Translations under genes and position numbers: made by a program | DNA from: Candidatus Heimdallarchaeota archaeon | Lineage (GTDB): Archaea; Asgardarchaeota; Heimdallarchaeia; Hodarchaeales; Hodarchaeaceae | Assembly: GCA_019057635.1 (NCBI GenBank) | Contig: DXJL01000022.1 | Span: forward strand, 1 to 11,443 | Direction: 5' to 3' | Length of the DNA: 11,443 bases | Shown here: piece by piece, positions 1 through 8,508 of the stretch | Layout of the letters: each line of letters opens with the position of its first letter | Numbering within the stretch: the first letter of the stretch is position 1 | The notes under the pieces: generated by a model | The model's input: the letters and a program-made list of their open reading frames with translations, nothing else | Told to the model about the DNA's origin: nothing | Database searches by the model: none

Positions 1-20
1 GAAATTTCAGAGGTTTTAAA

Positions 21-1133
21 TTATTTTTGTATTTTTACCATAGCCTTCTTAGTAGCTTGAAGAGGTTCATCCACCATATATTCTTGAGATGCTTTCCATT
101 TTCCACTTGTGAAATCAAAATTTTCTGGATAAAAACAATAATGCATAGACCCCTGTGTTTTTGTATCAAGTACATAGATTTTAAAGTTAGGGATATTTTG
201 CCAGCAAGCATAGGTAAAATCAGAGGCTTGTCCTGGACTCATCGTTATCCAAATGAGGATTTTATTGTCTTTTAGTATATCAAGAGACAGGAAGAAAGGA
301 GGTGTATCCGTCTTTATACCATTATACAATCGTTCTTGTCTAAGGAGATCAACTGCTGACCCAAAAGCAATTATTGTTTCAGTAAGGTCAAAAATCTCTC
401 TATCGTACATAAATCTAATTACCCCGACATATTTTTCCTTCACAATTGAATACTCAGTTTCGACTACTTCTTTACTTAGGCCACTCTTGTCACAAAGTTC
501 GTTTATTGATAGTGAGGCATTCTCTGTTAAAAATTCAAGGATTTTACCTTGAGCAGGTGTAAATTCTGAGAAATTTCTTTTTATCTCTAAAGGGGTTGGT
601 AAACGAGGAGGATCTACTTCAAGCGTTGCAAACCAAATTGGCCATATAAAACTCCAACTTGATGTTCCAGCATTATATTTATCTAGATTCGGGTAGGATT
701 CAGTTCTAACCCCACTACTTTCTGAAATTTCAAACGAAGCAATTATTTTCTTTTCTACTAACGTTTCAAATAACATTTCAATATATTTTTGTGTACCAAT
801 CGGAATATCAAATTGAATAAATACTCCAATACTTCCCCCATAAATTCTTGTTCTATAGTGTGTATAAGGATGGGCAGTACATAATTCTTCTATAATTTCC
901 AAGCAAGGATAATCGGGAAGAATAGTAATTACATAAATACGTTGTAAACCCAAAGATTCAGGATTAAAGATTGCGATCGGATTTTTAATGACCCCTTTCG
1001 CTTTCAAAAGATCATATCTTTCAGTTGCTTCAGGTTCTGAGACTTTAATTTGGCGAGAGAGCTCACTCATCGACATGAAAGGATCCTGATTTAACGCCAA
1101 GAGGATCGCAAAATCTTCAAATTTGAGCTCCAT
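21..1133 (-). CDS. Tandem (duplicated) Lrp/AsnC-like winged-helix transcriptional regulator
   Basis: 370 aa ORF. N-terminal AsnC-type HTH (DFAILLALNQDPFMSMSELSRQIKVSEPEATERYDLLKAKGVI) followed by a RAM-like alpha/beta region. A second HTH (QGKILEFLTENASLSINELCDKSGLSKEVV) starts near aa 195. Confidence 0.75.
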   Translation of the reverse strand: MELKFEDFAILLALNQDPFMSMSELSRQIKVSEPEATERYDLLKAKGVIKNPIAIFNPESLGLQRIYVITILPDYPCLEIIEELCTAHPYTHYRTRIYGGSIGVFIQFDIPIGTQKYIEMLFETLVEKKIIASFEISESSGVRTESYPNLDKYNAGTSSWSFIWPIWFATLEVDPPRLPTPLEIKRNFSEFTPAQGKILEFLTENASLSINELCDKSGLSKEVVETEYSIVKEKYVGVIRFMYDREIFDLTETIIAFGSAVDLLRQERLYNGIKTDTPPFFLSLDILKDNKILIWITMSPGQASDFTYACWQNIPNFKIYVLDTKTQGSMHYCFYPENFDFTSGKWKASQEYMVDEPLQATKKAMVKIQK

Positions 1134-1190
1134 TCATTATCACACTTAAACTTGTACTCATTATGTTGATTTATGTTGTCTCTATATTAT

Positions 1191-1670
1191 TTACATGAAT
1201 AATTTAGTAGTTAAAGGTTCGGTACCACCAATCCCTTTAGGGGGATCAAAGACTAGAGAATCTTGAATACGAAATTTGTCGTAATTTGCATAAACAGTAC
1301 ATTCGAGTTTAATGATATACCATTCAGGTTCAGTCGCGTGATTATACATAAAGAGAACTGAATAGTTGGAGGGAATTTCATAAGTGTAGAATTTATGCTT
1401 ATAAACAACGCCAGAGGGAAGTTCTAGCTCCGCTTCTAGTTTGTAAAGATACCATCCTTCAAAATTTATATCCAAAGTGAAATGTACAACCACATCATCT
1501 TCTGCACCGTCGGAATCGGCATCAAAATAGTAAACATCATCAATTATTATTTTTACACGAACTCCGTCATCATCGTGGTAAACATGTGCCAACACGGGTG
1601 ATGGGGTCGCACTCAATATGAAAATAAAGATAAAGAGACAGGTTACAAAAAAAAATTTCTTTTTCATCAT
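1191..1670 (-). CDS. Secreted/surface beta-rich hypothetical protein with signal peptide and DxDxDG motif
   Basis: The ORF track starts at 1727, but the likely start is ATG 1670/1667, giving MMKKKFFFVTCLFIFIFILSATPSPVLA (basic n-region, hydrophobic h-region, VLA cleavage site). The mature part is Tyr/Val-rich with DADSDGAEDD and a C-terminal FDPPKGIGGTEP. Confidence 0.7.
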   Translation of the reverse strand: MMKKKFFFVTCLFIFIFILSATPSPVLAHVYHDDDGVRVKIIIDDVYYFDADSDGAEDDVVVHFTLDINFEGWYLYKLEAELELPSGVVYKHKFYTYEIPSNYSVLFMYNHATEPEWYIIKLECTVYANYDKFRIQDSLVFDPPKGIGGTEPLTTKLFM

Positions 1671-1806
1671 GGTTATGTGCTCTCTAGTATATTGAGGAAC
1701 TACTTTCACATCATGTTTTTTATACATTTGCGAGGAGAATTTCTCTAGGGCGTCTTATATAGCGGTGGCTGGGAAAAATTATCTTTATATCCTGAATTTA
1801 GCCCCC

Positions 1807-1858
1807 TAGTTCTTAGAAACGTAGTTTCAAGGAACTAAAATCAATCATTAAAAAAAAA
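1807..1858 (-). terminator. Candidate terminator of the ABC operon: T9 tract plus imperfect inverted repeat
   Basis: A9 on the + strand at 1850-1858 reads as T9 on the - strand, 33 nt after the permease stop. It is followed by the inverted repeat TAGTTCTTAGAAAC-gta-GTTTCAAGGAACTA (1807-1837, 12/14 paired). Confidence 0.4.
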
Positions 1859-1891
1859 CTCCCCCTAAACCCATCATTCCTCCAAGGTACT

Positions 1892-3493
1892 TTATTCGAG
1901 TCTATCTAGATGTCTAACTCCGATATAAAGAAAAATAAGTCCTAGAGTCGTCGTACAAAAGGCAACAATAGCCATTATGTAATAGAAGGAATTGATAATG
2001 CGGAAAGTATCATATAGGAATTGATCCAGAAATATAAGGCCAAGAAAAAATGGAATCATGATTAAGAATATGATGACTTGCATATTAACCATATATTCCG
2101 GAGCTTTGTCGTGAAATGCTGGATTACGTAGAAATAAACCGGTGGAAAACAAGGTTAAACCTGTAGCCATAATTATTTGAAAGATCACATTGAAAAAAAG
2201 CTCATATAATTGAATATTAGGAACTAGGAGAGAAATTATTACTTCCATTACAACCGCTAACGGGATGATAATTAAGAAATAGTGACATAACTTCGTTTTC
2301 ACAAAAGAAAATGTAGTAGTCGGAGTCTGTTTGTATAATAATAAGCTGTCTTTTCCCTGTAAACCAATTTCTCCCGCAACAAAAGCAGCTAAAAGAGGAG
2401 TAATCATGATTGTACTAACCATCGCACCTTCTACATCCTCGGGCTGCATAAGAAAGATATTGATGGATGCTACCAGTGCAATGACGTACAAGAGCATTGT
2501 CAAGTTTCTAACAGTACGAGTATATCCTTTCCAGCTAGCAGAAACCAATACTGCAAATGATCCATTCCCAAGTAACATAGTTAAAACACGATAAAATCTT
2601 CTACCTGGCTTAGCTTTTGCAGCTGAGAATGATTTCAATTCAAGACTATATAATCGATTAGCAAAAACTATCCCTGTAATGAAAACAACAATAGTAAAGG
2701 TAATCAGTAAGATTACTTGAATGAAAGTTGAAGGATTAATTCCGATGAGATTACCTGGAGATCGAGCAAATTCAATAATGATTTCTGCCCCCCAAGAACT
2801 AGGGAAAAACTTCAACAAGTCTCCAAACCATTTGCCTTTTTCTGGATCAAGAAGAAAATCAAAATAGCCACCCATCGCGGCATACATAAGACCAACTAAA
2901 GGAATAATTAATAAAAATGCCACACCCTTACCAATATCACGGCCTCTAGCATTTCTCATGAGAAATGACCTGATAAGTACCGCTGTGACATTCCCAATCC
3001 AAGAGGACGTTAAAAAAGTAAGAATGAATATTCCGAGAATAATTAGTACTTGGATCACACTTATGCCTAATGGAATCAATGCAATCGTGAACAAACTTCC
3101 AACTACTAGGGCGAAAGTGGCATAAAAAGGCATTTTACCAAGAAATTCTCCAAAGAGGAGATTTCCAGGGCTAACGGGAGTAGAAAATAAATTTTCAAAG
3201 TGATGATCTCGAATATCTTGCAGTATACTCATCATAGGTAAAACAAAGAAAATTAGGGAACAAAAGAACAGAATAAACTGAACAAGAACTATTGCAACTA
3301 GGGAAAATAGGTAGATGTCCATTTCTGATAGTAATGACTCTGCTAGTGAGGGTCCCAAATAGAAAATCCAGAAAATTAACCCCCCACCAAGAACGAAAGG
3401 GAGAATTGGACGGAATTGTCTAAAACGACTTGTTATCATGCGATAATCGGCTTTAGCAATTGTCCACCATTGAAAGGATATCATTCTGATCAT
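1892..3493 (-). CDS. ABC-2 type exporter permease (large, multi-TM, two repeated halves)
   Basis: Very hydrophobic ORF of about 533 aa. The N-terminal WWTIAKADYRMITSR amphipathic helix and LFSTPVSPGNLLFGEFLG motif are echoed in the second half (SASWKGYTRT...; LLLYKQTPTTTFSFVKTKL). ATG 3493 overlaps the ATPase stop (ATGA). An alternative ATG lies at 3484 after GGAGG. Confidence 0.8.
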   Translation of the reverse strand: MIRMISFQWWTIAKADYRMITSRFRQFRPILPFVLGGGLIFWIFYLGPSLAESLLSEMDIYLFSLVAIVLVQFILFFCSLIFFVLPMMSILQDIRDHHFENLFSTPVSPGNLLFGEFLGKMPFYATFALVVGSLFTIALIPLGISVIQVLIILGIFILTFLTSSWIGNVTAVLIRSFLMRNARGRDIGKGVAFLLIIPLVGLMYAAMGGYFDFLLDPEKGKWFGDLLKFFPSSWGAEIIIEFARSPGNLIGINPSTFIQVILLITFTIVVFITGIVFANRLYSLELKSFSAAKAKPGRRFYRVLTMLLGNGSFAVLVSASWKGYTRTVRNLTMLLYVIALVASINIFLMQPEDVEGAMVSTIMITPLLAAFVAGEIGLQGKDSLLLYKQTPTTTFSFVKTKLCHYFLIIIPLAVVMEVIISLLVPNIQLYELFFNVIFQIIMATGLTLFSTGLFLRNPAFHDKAPEYMVNMQVIIFLIMIPFFLGLIFLDQFLYDTFRIINSFYYIMAIVAFCTTTLGLIFLYIGVRHLDRLE

Positions 3494-4287
3494 GCCCTCC
3501 AAGGGGATATGCTTGAATTAGGGACTCCACTAGTAATTGCGATAAATGCCTCTTCAAGTGTACGTGTTTGAGTCTGATCTTTAATATCTGATACTGTTCC
3601 TATCGCTATTAACTGTCCATTATGGATGATACCAATCCGGTCACATAATTCTTCAACAACTGGAAGTCTGTGACTACTGATAAGAATAGTTTTTCCACGG
3701 TTTGACATATCTTTAACTAATTGTTTAACAGTACGAGCAGCTCGTGGATCAAGACCTGCAGTGGGTTCATCTAAAAAGATTACCTCAGGATCATGGATAA
3801 TTGCAGATGCTAATAACACTTTTTGACGCATACCTGTACTAAATCCTTCAATAAGATCATTTTTTCTATCTAAAAGATCAAAAAAGCTCAATAATTCATT
3901 TATACGTGGTTTTAACTTTGTTTTGTTAATGCCATAAAGAGAACCCATGAGCTCGAGAAACTCATAAGCAGAGAGTTTCGCATAGACTCCAGGAGATTCG
4001 GCAAGGAGGCCAGATATTGATTTTACTTGTTGAGCATCATTGAGGATATCAAATCCATTTATATTTGCTGTACCATTTGTTGGTTTAATAAGTCCATTTA
4101 ACAATCGAATTGTGGTTGTTTTTCCAGCACCATTAGGTCCAAGTAACCCAAAGGTTTCTCCTTGGTTAATAGTTAAGCATAGATCGTCAACCGCTTTAAT
4201 TTGTCCTTTCGAGTAAAATTTAGAAAGGTTTTTTATTTGTATTACTCCATTAGATCGATTTAATGTTTTTTCAGTTTTCATTAACAT
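3490..4287 (-). CDS. ABC transporter ATP-binding protein (ABC-2/DrrA-like multidrug family)
   Basis: Walker A GPNGAGKTT, signature FSTGMRQK, Walker B IFLDEPTAGLDP, H-loop ISSH, and C-terminal TLEEAF. AGGTGA RBS at 4289-4294 favours the second ATG at 4281. Confidence 0.95.
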   Translation of the reverse strand: MLMKTEKTLNRSNGVIQIKNLSKFYSKGQIKAVDDLCLTINQGETFGLLGPNGAGKTTTIRLLNGLIKPTNGTANINGFDILNDAQQVKSISGLLAESPGVYAKLSAYEFLELMGSLYGINKTKLKPRINELLSFFDLLDRKNDLIEGFSTGMRQKVLLASAIIHDPEVIFLDEPTAGLDPRAARTVKQLVKDMSNRGKTILISSHRLPVVEELCDRIGIIHNGQLIAIGTVSDIKDQTQTRTLEEAFIAITSGVPNSSISPWRA

Positions 4288-4306
4288 GTCACCTTTGAAT
4301 AATTGG

Positions 4307-4699
4307 TTATTTTAATCGTGTCCCACAAGTAGCGCAAAAAAAATCTGATGTATCGACCAATGAACCACAGTTGACACAAAATTCGTAGTTAGTTTGAGAA
4401 TGCTTTTCCCAAGTGGGTTGTAACGACTGAGATGGTCGTGAAACGTATCTAACTTGTTTTTCTGTATCAGGACTGGTTTGTTTTGATTCTAGAAATACAA
4501 TCACAGGAATAAAGGACACAATGAAGATAATAATTCCTAGAACAACAAAAACCATATTGAAAGACATTCCGTTTAAGAATGGAAATCCAACTAAGACTAA
4601 CATCAGAAATAACAGAAGAAAGCTGCTAACAATGAAAGCAACTAAATTTGGTTTCTGACCTTTCTGACGAGGTGGGATATAAGGGATGATAGGTATCAT
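4307..4699 (-). CDS. Two-TM membrane protein with C-terminal zinc ribbon
   Basis: Two hydrophobic helices (about aa 19-43 and 47-70), a polar linker, then FCVNCG-x7-FCATCG. GGTG lies upstream of the ATG, and the gene ends 19 nt before the ATPase, so it is probably the first gene of the operon. Confidence 0.8.
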   Translation of the reverse strand: MIPIIPYIPPRQKGQKPNLVAFIVSSFLLLFLMLVLVGFPFLNGMSFNMVFVVLGIIIFIVSFIPVIVFLESKQTSPDTEKQVRYVSRPSQSLQPTWEKHSQTNYEFCVNCGSLVDTSDFFCATCGTRLK

Positions 4700-5037
4700 T
4701 AATTTTACACCAATTTTATTTTTGTAGGTTGATGATTGACATTATTCGTCAATTACTATTTTTTGGTAACATGTTTAAATATTCTTCGATTGTGGAAAAA
4801 ATCCCTGATATGAACTGTCACCTCTCAATTGTCGAAAAATTAAGGATTAGTTCTGTTATCTTCAAGAAATTTGTACCTTTCACTCAAACAGTTATACTCT
4901 TGTAAAAAATGATTAGTAAATTGCATAAATGATTCAATCCTATGATATTTAGATATTTCATCTCACCAGAAGGTTTAAAAAGAAATTGGTAATTAACTAA
5001 TTATAGTAATACTACATTCGAAAGGAATGGACTTCAA
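4700..5037. promoter_or_regulatory. Divergent promoter region with candidate archaeal TATA boxes
   Basis: 338 bp AT-rich gap between divergent operons. TTTAAA near 4775 serves the - strand operon, and CCAGAAGG-TTTAAAAA at about 4966-4981 (BRE/TATA-like) serves the + strand operon. Confidence 0.45.
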
Positions 5038-5574
5038 GTGAAAAAGCTCTCAGATAGTGAAAAGATAGTGATTCGAGAGATATTTAGAAGCCCATCCATT
5101 ACATTGAATGAATGTGCAGAAGTGCTAGAGAACGCTGAAAATCGCCAAGTACGTAAGCCTAACAAAGCTGTTGACTTACGATCTGTATCTAAATTTAAAT
5201 CTGTTGGGTATAAAAAGATTAGAGAAGGATTGTTAAAACTAGCCAATGATTTTCGGCTAGATCTTTCACTACAGGCTGACACTGCTGAAGGTAAAAAGGA
5301 AGAAGAACAAGTAAACGAGATATTGCTCAGGAATGGAATTCTGAAAGGATTTGATTTTCGTGTCAATGCTATGGTATACCTATTCATTAATCTACAAGAA
5401 CAATCCATTCTTCCTTGGCAAGCACATCATTGTCGACCTCTATGCAAGACGGATTGTACAAATATTCTCGACACTCTTCGTTCTGAACATGGTTTACCTT
5501 CTCCAAATATCCAATTAGATGTTATAGACCTTATAGAAATTACTATAAAAGAAATTATTGCTCGTGAAACGTGA
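5038..5574 (+). CDS. Putative archaeal HTH transcriptional regulator with C-terminal His/Cys metal-binding motif
   Basis: GTG start. N-terminus LSDSEKIVIREIFRSPSITLNECAEVL is HTH-like. C-terminus GILKGFD...VYLF...PWQAHHCRPLCKTDCTNIL resembles an archaeal family with a W-x2-H...C-x3-C-x3-C cluster. Confidence 0.55.
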   Translation: MKKLSDSEKIVIREIFRSPSITLNECAEVLENAENRQVRKPNKAVDLRSVSKFKSVGYKKIREGLLKLANDFRLDLSLQADTAEGKKEEEQVNEILLRNGILKGFDFRVNAMVYLFINLQEQSILPWQAHHCRPLCKTDCTNILDTLRSEHGLPSPNIQLDVIDLIEITIKEIIARET

Positions 5575-6339
5575 TTGATAATGAATGATCTACCTCATAT
5601 AATCGGTTCTGATATCCCATCTTCTCCACCGGAGAAACCACGTATTATACGCCCTAGCAGAAATTTTCTGTACAAAAATTATTTTCTGTTTCTTTTGACA
5701 GCTGTAATATTCATTGGGGCAATGATTGTATTTTTAATAGTTGTTAATACATTAATTGGAAGTTCTAGAGGGCCAACAGTCCAACAACAGTTAACCGAGA
5801 TGTATGTCCTCCTTTCGGTAGGATTTTCTGTTTTATGGTTAATAGCGTTTGTCATTTATGGAATTGGCATGTATCTCTACGTTAGACAAATGGTTTTCAT
5901 TGTACATGGGAGTGAGATTGTTGTGAAAAAAGGATTAATTAATAAAACCGAGAAACATGTTCCTTACAGGACTGTAACTCATATTAGTATGCGATCAGGG
6001 CCTTTTGATCGGTTATTCAATATTGGTACAATTGAAATCCAAACAGCAGGTGGAGCTAGTTCTTCTTTGGAGTCAATGGCTGAAGAAAAATTAGAAGGGA
6101 TAATTATCTATCGTGAGGTCCGTGATTATATCTTAACCCAACTACGTTTGTTTCAACAACAAGAAAAGGAAGACTCAACCGTTGATAATAGCGTACAAGA
6201 CTCATCCTCAAGTTCGAGAGAGGACGCTCTTTTAGGATCCCTTCAGGATATTAAGACTCTCTTATCTGAGAAATTCCAAGCCATGGAAGATAAATTAGGA
6301 GAGATTTCTGAGGAAATGAAGAATCTCGGACAGCACTAA
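5575..6339 (+). CDS. Membrane protein with bacterial PH domain (bPH_2/DUF304, YdbS-like) and C-terminal coiled coil
   Basis: Two TM helices, then EIVVKKGLINKTEKHVPYRTVTHISMRSGPFDRLFNIGTIEIQTAGG (typical bPH_2), an acidic Ser-rich linker and the heptad tail LLGSLQDIKTLL. It abuts the upstream gene, and the start may be ATG 5581. Confidence 0.85.
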   Translation: MIMNDLPHIIGSDIPSSPPEKPRIIRPSRNFLYKNYFLFLLTAVIFIGAMIVFLIVVNTLIGSSRGPTVQQQLTEMYVLLSVGFSVLWLIAFVIYGIGMYLYVRQMVFIVHGSEIVVKKGLINKTEKHVPYRTVTHISMRSGPFDRLFNIGTIEIQTAGGASSSLESMAEEKLEGIIIYREVRDYILTQLRLFQQQEKEDSTVDNSVQDSSSSSREDALLGSLQDIKTLLSEKFQAMEDKLGEISEEMKNLGQH

Positions 6340-6346
6340 TTGTAAT

Positions 6347-8197
6347 TCAGTGGATGATCATTTTTAGGGGGAATAGGAGCTCAAAGATATTTCCTTTAGG
6401 ATCTAATGGAGTAATTTTCAAAGTTCCACCGTAATACTTCATGATAACAGAGGCAAGAGCAATAGGAAGATAATATCCTCTAGACTCCCATTTCTCTGTA
6501 ATAGATGAAATAAGTTTAGCACTGAGATGTTGAGAAATTGGTTGCGAATTGGTATCATGGATGCGGATACAAAGATTCGAGGAGAGAATCGAGGCATCGA
6601 TTAGAATGGGAGGTTCTGAATGATCAGGATCTAGCATACTAGAACCAGTACTCACAATAAATCGTAATAATTCATAAAACACATCAAATAAATTACTATC
6701 CGCCTTTAGTACAATACTTGAAAGAAATGACTCTTGTATTTCAATTTGCTTGAGATGAGAATACGGTCTAAATTTATTTATAGCCTCATTAATTAAGCTG
6801 AGAACTTTTAGTTTTTCGGTCTTACCTGGGGTTTCTGATTGAAGTACAGCAAAAATTTTATTCACTACTTCAATATTTCGCGAAGAATAATTGACAATCT
6901 TTCTTAATTGTTTGACCATTTCTTGATCGAATTCTTTCTTAGAATGATGTTTTTGTTCCAACATATCCAAGCCAAAAAGGATTTTCTGTAGATCATTATT
7001 CAGGAAATGAGTTAACATGGCATAATAGAGCTCTTCTTCAAGTTTGATCTTTTGGATTTGCTTTTCTGATTTTCTAAGCTTTTGTTCCACTTTTTTCAGT
7101 TTGGTGATATCAGTGAAGACTACTAAAACACCCTTAAAATCATCTTTCGTGGAATGAATAGGGGTTGCTGTAACTATAATCGGTATTCGTTTGTTATTTT
7201 TTCCTAATACTACTGTCTCATATCTACTACTGTAGCCTTCCTTTCGTTTAGCTGTCTCACTTCTAACCATTTCCAAAGATTCAGGTGAAATAAAATCTGA
7301 CCAGTGCCTACCGATTAATTCTTCTTCTTCGTATCCTAATAGGCTCGTTACTTGGGGATTAGCGAAGGTGAAGAAACCTTGGGGATCCTCTAATACAACC
7401 CCTTCCTCCATTTTATTAATGAGCATTTGATACTTTTCCTTAGCTTCCTGTAATGCAATTTCAGCTCTTCTTCGTTCTGAAATCTCACGAATGATCCCTC
7501 TGAATCCATGTTTTCTTCCTGAAGAGTCAAGTATGAGAGATATAGACACTTCTGAATAGCCCATTGCGCCATCTTTCCTAATAAATTCCAGTTCAAACTC
7601 TTTTACAGGCTTTCCTGTTACGTACACGTCATTAAATGCTTTTAATACCTGTATAGAGACTGATTCACTACAGTATTGTCTATAATTCATCCCCATGATT
7701 TCATTTTCAGTGTATCCCAAAATCTTGAGCAAATTTTTATTGAAAAAGGTAAAATTACCAGCTAGATCTACCTCATAATAGCTATCTTCTATATTTTCGA
7801 GAAGTGTTCGATATTTTTCCTCTGATGCTCGTAATGTTTCTTCTACTCTTTTTTGCTCTGTGATATCTCGGACAATACCTTGAACAACCTTTTCCCCGCT
7901 AATCTCAAATATTCTTGAGGAGACTTCTGCAGAAAATACTTCACCACCCTTTTTCAGAAAATCAATCTCAAAATCTACAAAACCCATTTTTGTGATCGTA
8001 TCAAAAGCTCGTTTCGATTCTTCAAGAAATTCCGGAGGATGAAGATCAGAAATTTTTAAATTAAAAATCTCTGCTTTTGTGTATCCAAAAAGCTCTAATC
8101 CCTTTTGGTCAATATCAAGGATTTTTCCTTGAAGGTCATGAAAGAAAATGGCATAATTACTAAAATGGACTTGGTTACTATGCTTCTGTTCACTCAC
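6347..8197 (-). CDS. Cytoplasmic triple PAS/PAC sensor with degenerate histidine kinase-like C-terminus
   Basis: Three PAS/PAC repeats ending IVRDITEQK, IIREISERR and VFTDITKLK. H-box-like THFLNNDLQKI, followed by a HATPase-like fold with degenerate N/G1/G2 boxes. No TM segments. Confidence 0.85.
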   Translation of the reverse strand: MSEQKHSNQVHFSNYAIFFHDLQGKILDIDQKGLELFGYTKAEIFNLKISDLHPPEFLEESKRAFDTITKMGFVDFEIDFLKKGGEVFSAEVSSRIFEISGEKVVQGIVRDITEQKRVEETLRASEEKYRTLLENIEDSYYEVDLAGNFTFFNKNLLKILGYTENEIMGMNYRQYCSESVSIQVLKAFNDVYVTGKPVKEFELEFIRKDGAMGYSEVSISLILDSSGRKHGFRGIIREISERRRAEIALQEAKEKYQMLINKMEEGVVLEDPQGFFTFANPQVTSLLGYEEEELIGRHWSDFISPESLEMVRSETAKRKEGYSSRYETVVLGKNNKRIPIIVTATPIHSTKDDFKGVLVVFTDITKLKKVEQKLRKSEKQIQKIKLEEELYYAMLTHFLNNDLQKILFGLDMLEQKHHSKKEFDQEMVKQLRKIVNYSSRNIEVVNKIFAVLQSETPGKTEKLKVLSLINEAINKFRPYSHLKQIEIQESFLSSIVLKADSNLFDVFYELLRFIVSTGSSMLDPDHSEPPILIDASILSSNLCIRIHDTNSQPISQHLSAKLISSITEKWESRGYYLPIALASVIMKYYGGTLKITPLDPKGNIFELLFPLKMIIH

Positions 8198-8480
8198 TTT
8201 TAGAGCCAGCTTAACTTTCTTGTAGTTTGAAATATCATACTGAAGCTTAAGATAGTATTAAGTCTAATATATTATTAATCTAGCGTTTATGAAGAAAGAG
8301 AAGTAACTGAATGTTTCTTAAAAGATGTCAATTGGGGACATTTACATTGTCGAAATCTAAGAAATATGAAACATTAATAGAAAATATACATAGATTGCAG
8401 AATATAAATAATTACACAAGCAATTAGTCTCTGTGAGATAATTAGAGATATTAGCTGTGTTAGAGGTAGATTTGAGTCTG

Positions 8481-8508
8481 TTCCAGATTATATGGAAATA
8501 ATCTGGAA
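8481..8508. repeat. Perfect 11-bp inverted repeat
   Basis: TTCCAGATTAT-atggaa-ATAATCTGGAA, roughly in the middle of the intergenic region between the divergent PAS gene and glnS. Confidence 0.8.

Noticed and set aside
27-552. + strand ORFs 27..275 and 253..552
   Set aside because: Antisense shadows of the Lrp-like gene with no motifs.
2331-2594. + strand 87 aa ORF
   Set aside because: Antisense shadow within the permease.
5034-5408. - strand 124 aa ORF
   Set aside because: Antisense to 5038..5574, which fits the operon structure and has recognisable motifs.
7390-7596. 68 aa alternative-frame ORF
   Set aside because: Nested in the PAS gene in another frame with no independent support.
8289-8310. 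ATGAAGA...CTGA as a possible C/D box sRNA
   Set aside because: No second C'/D pair at the proper spacing was seen.
8482-8489. TCCAGATT match to the tRNA T-arm as a possible att-site remnant of an island carrying glnS
   Set aside because: Only 8 bp, the acceptor-stem sequence is not duplicated, and no integrase is present in the window.
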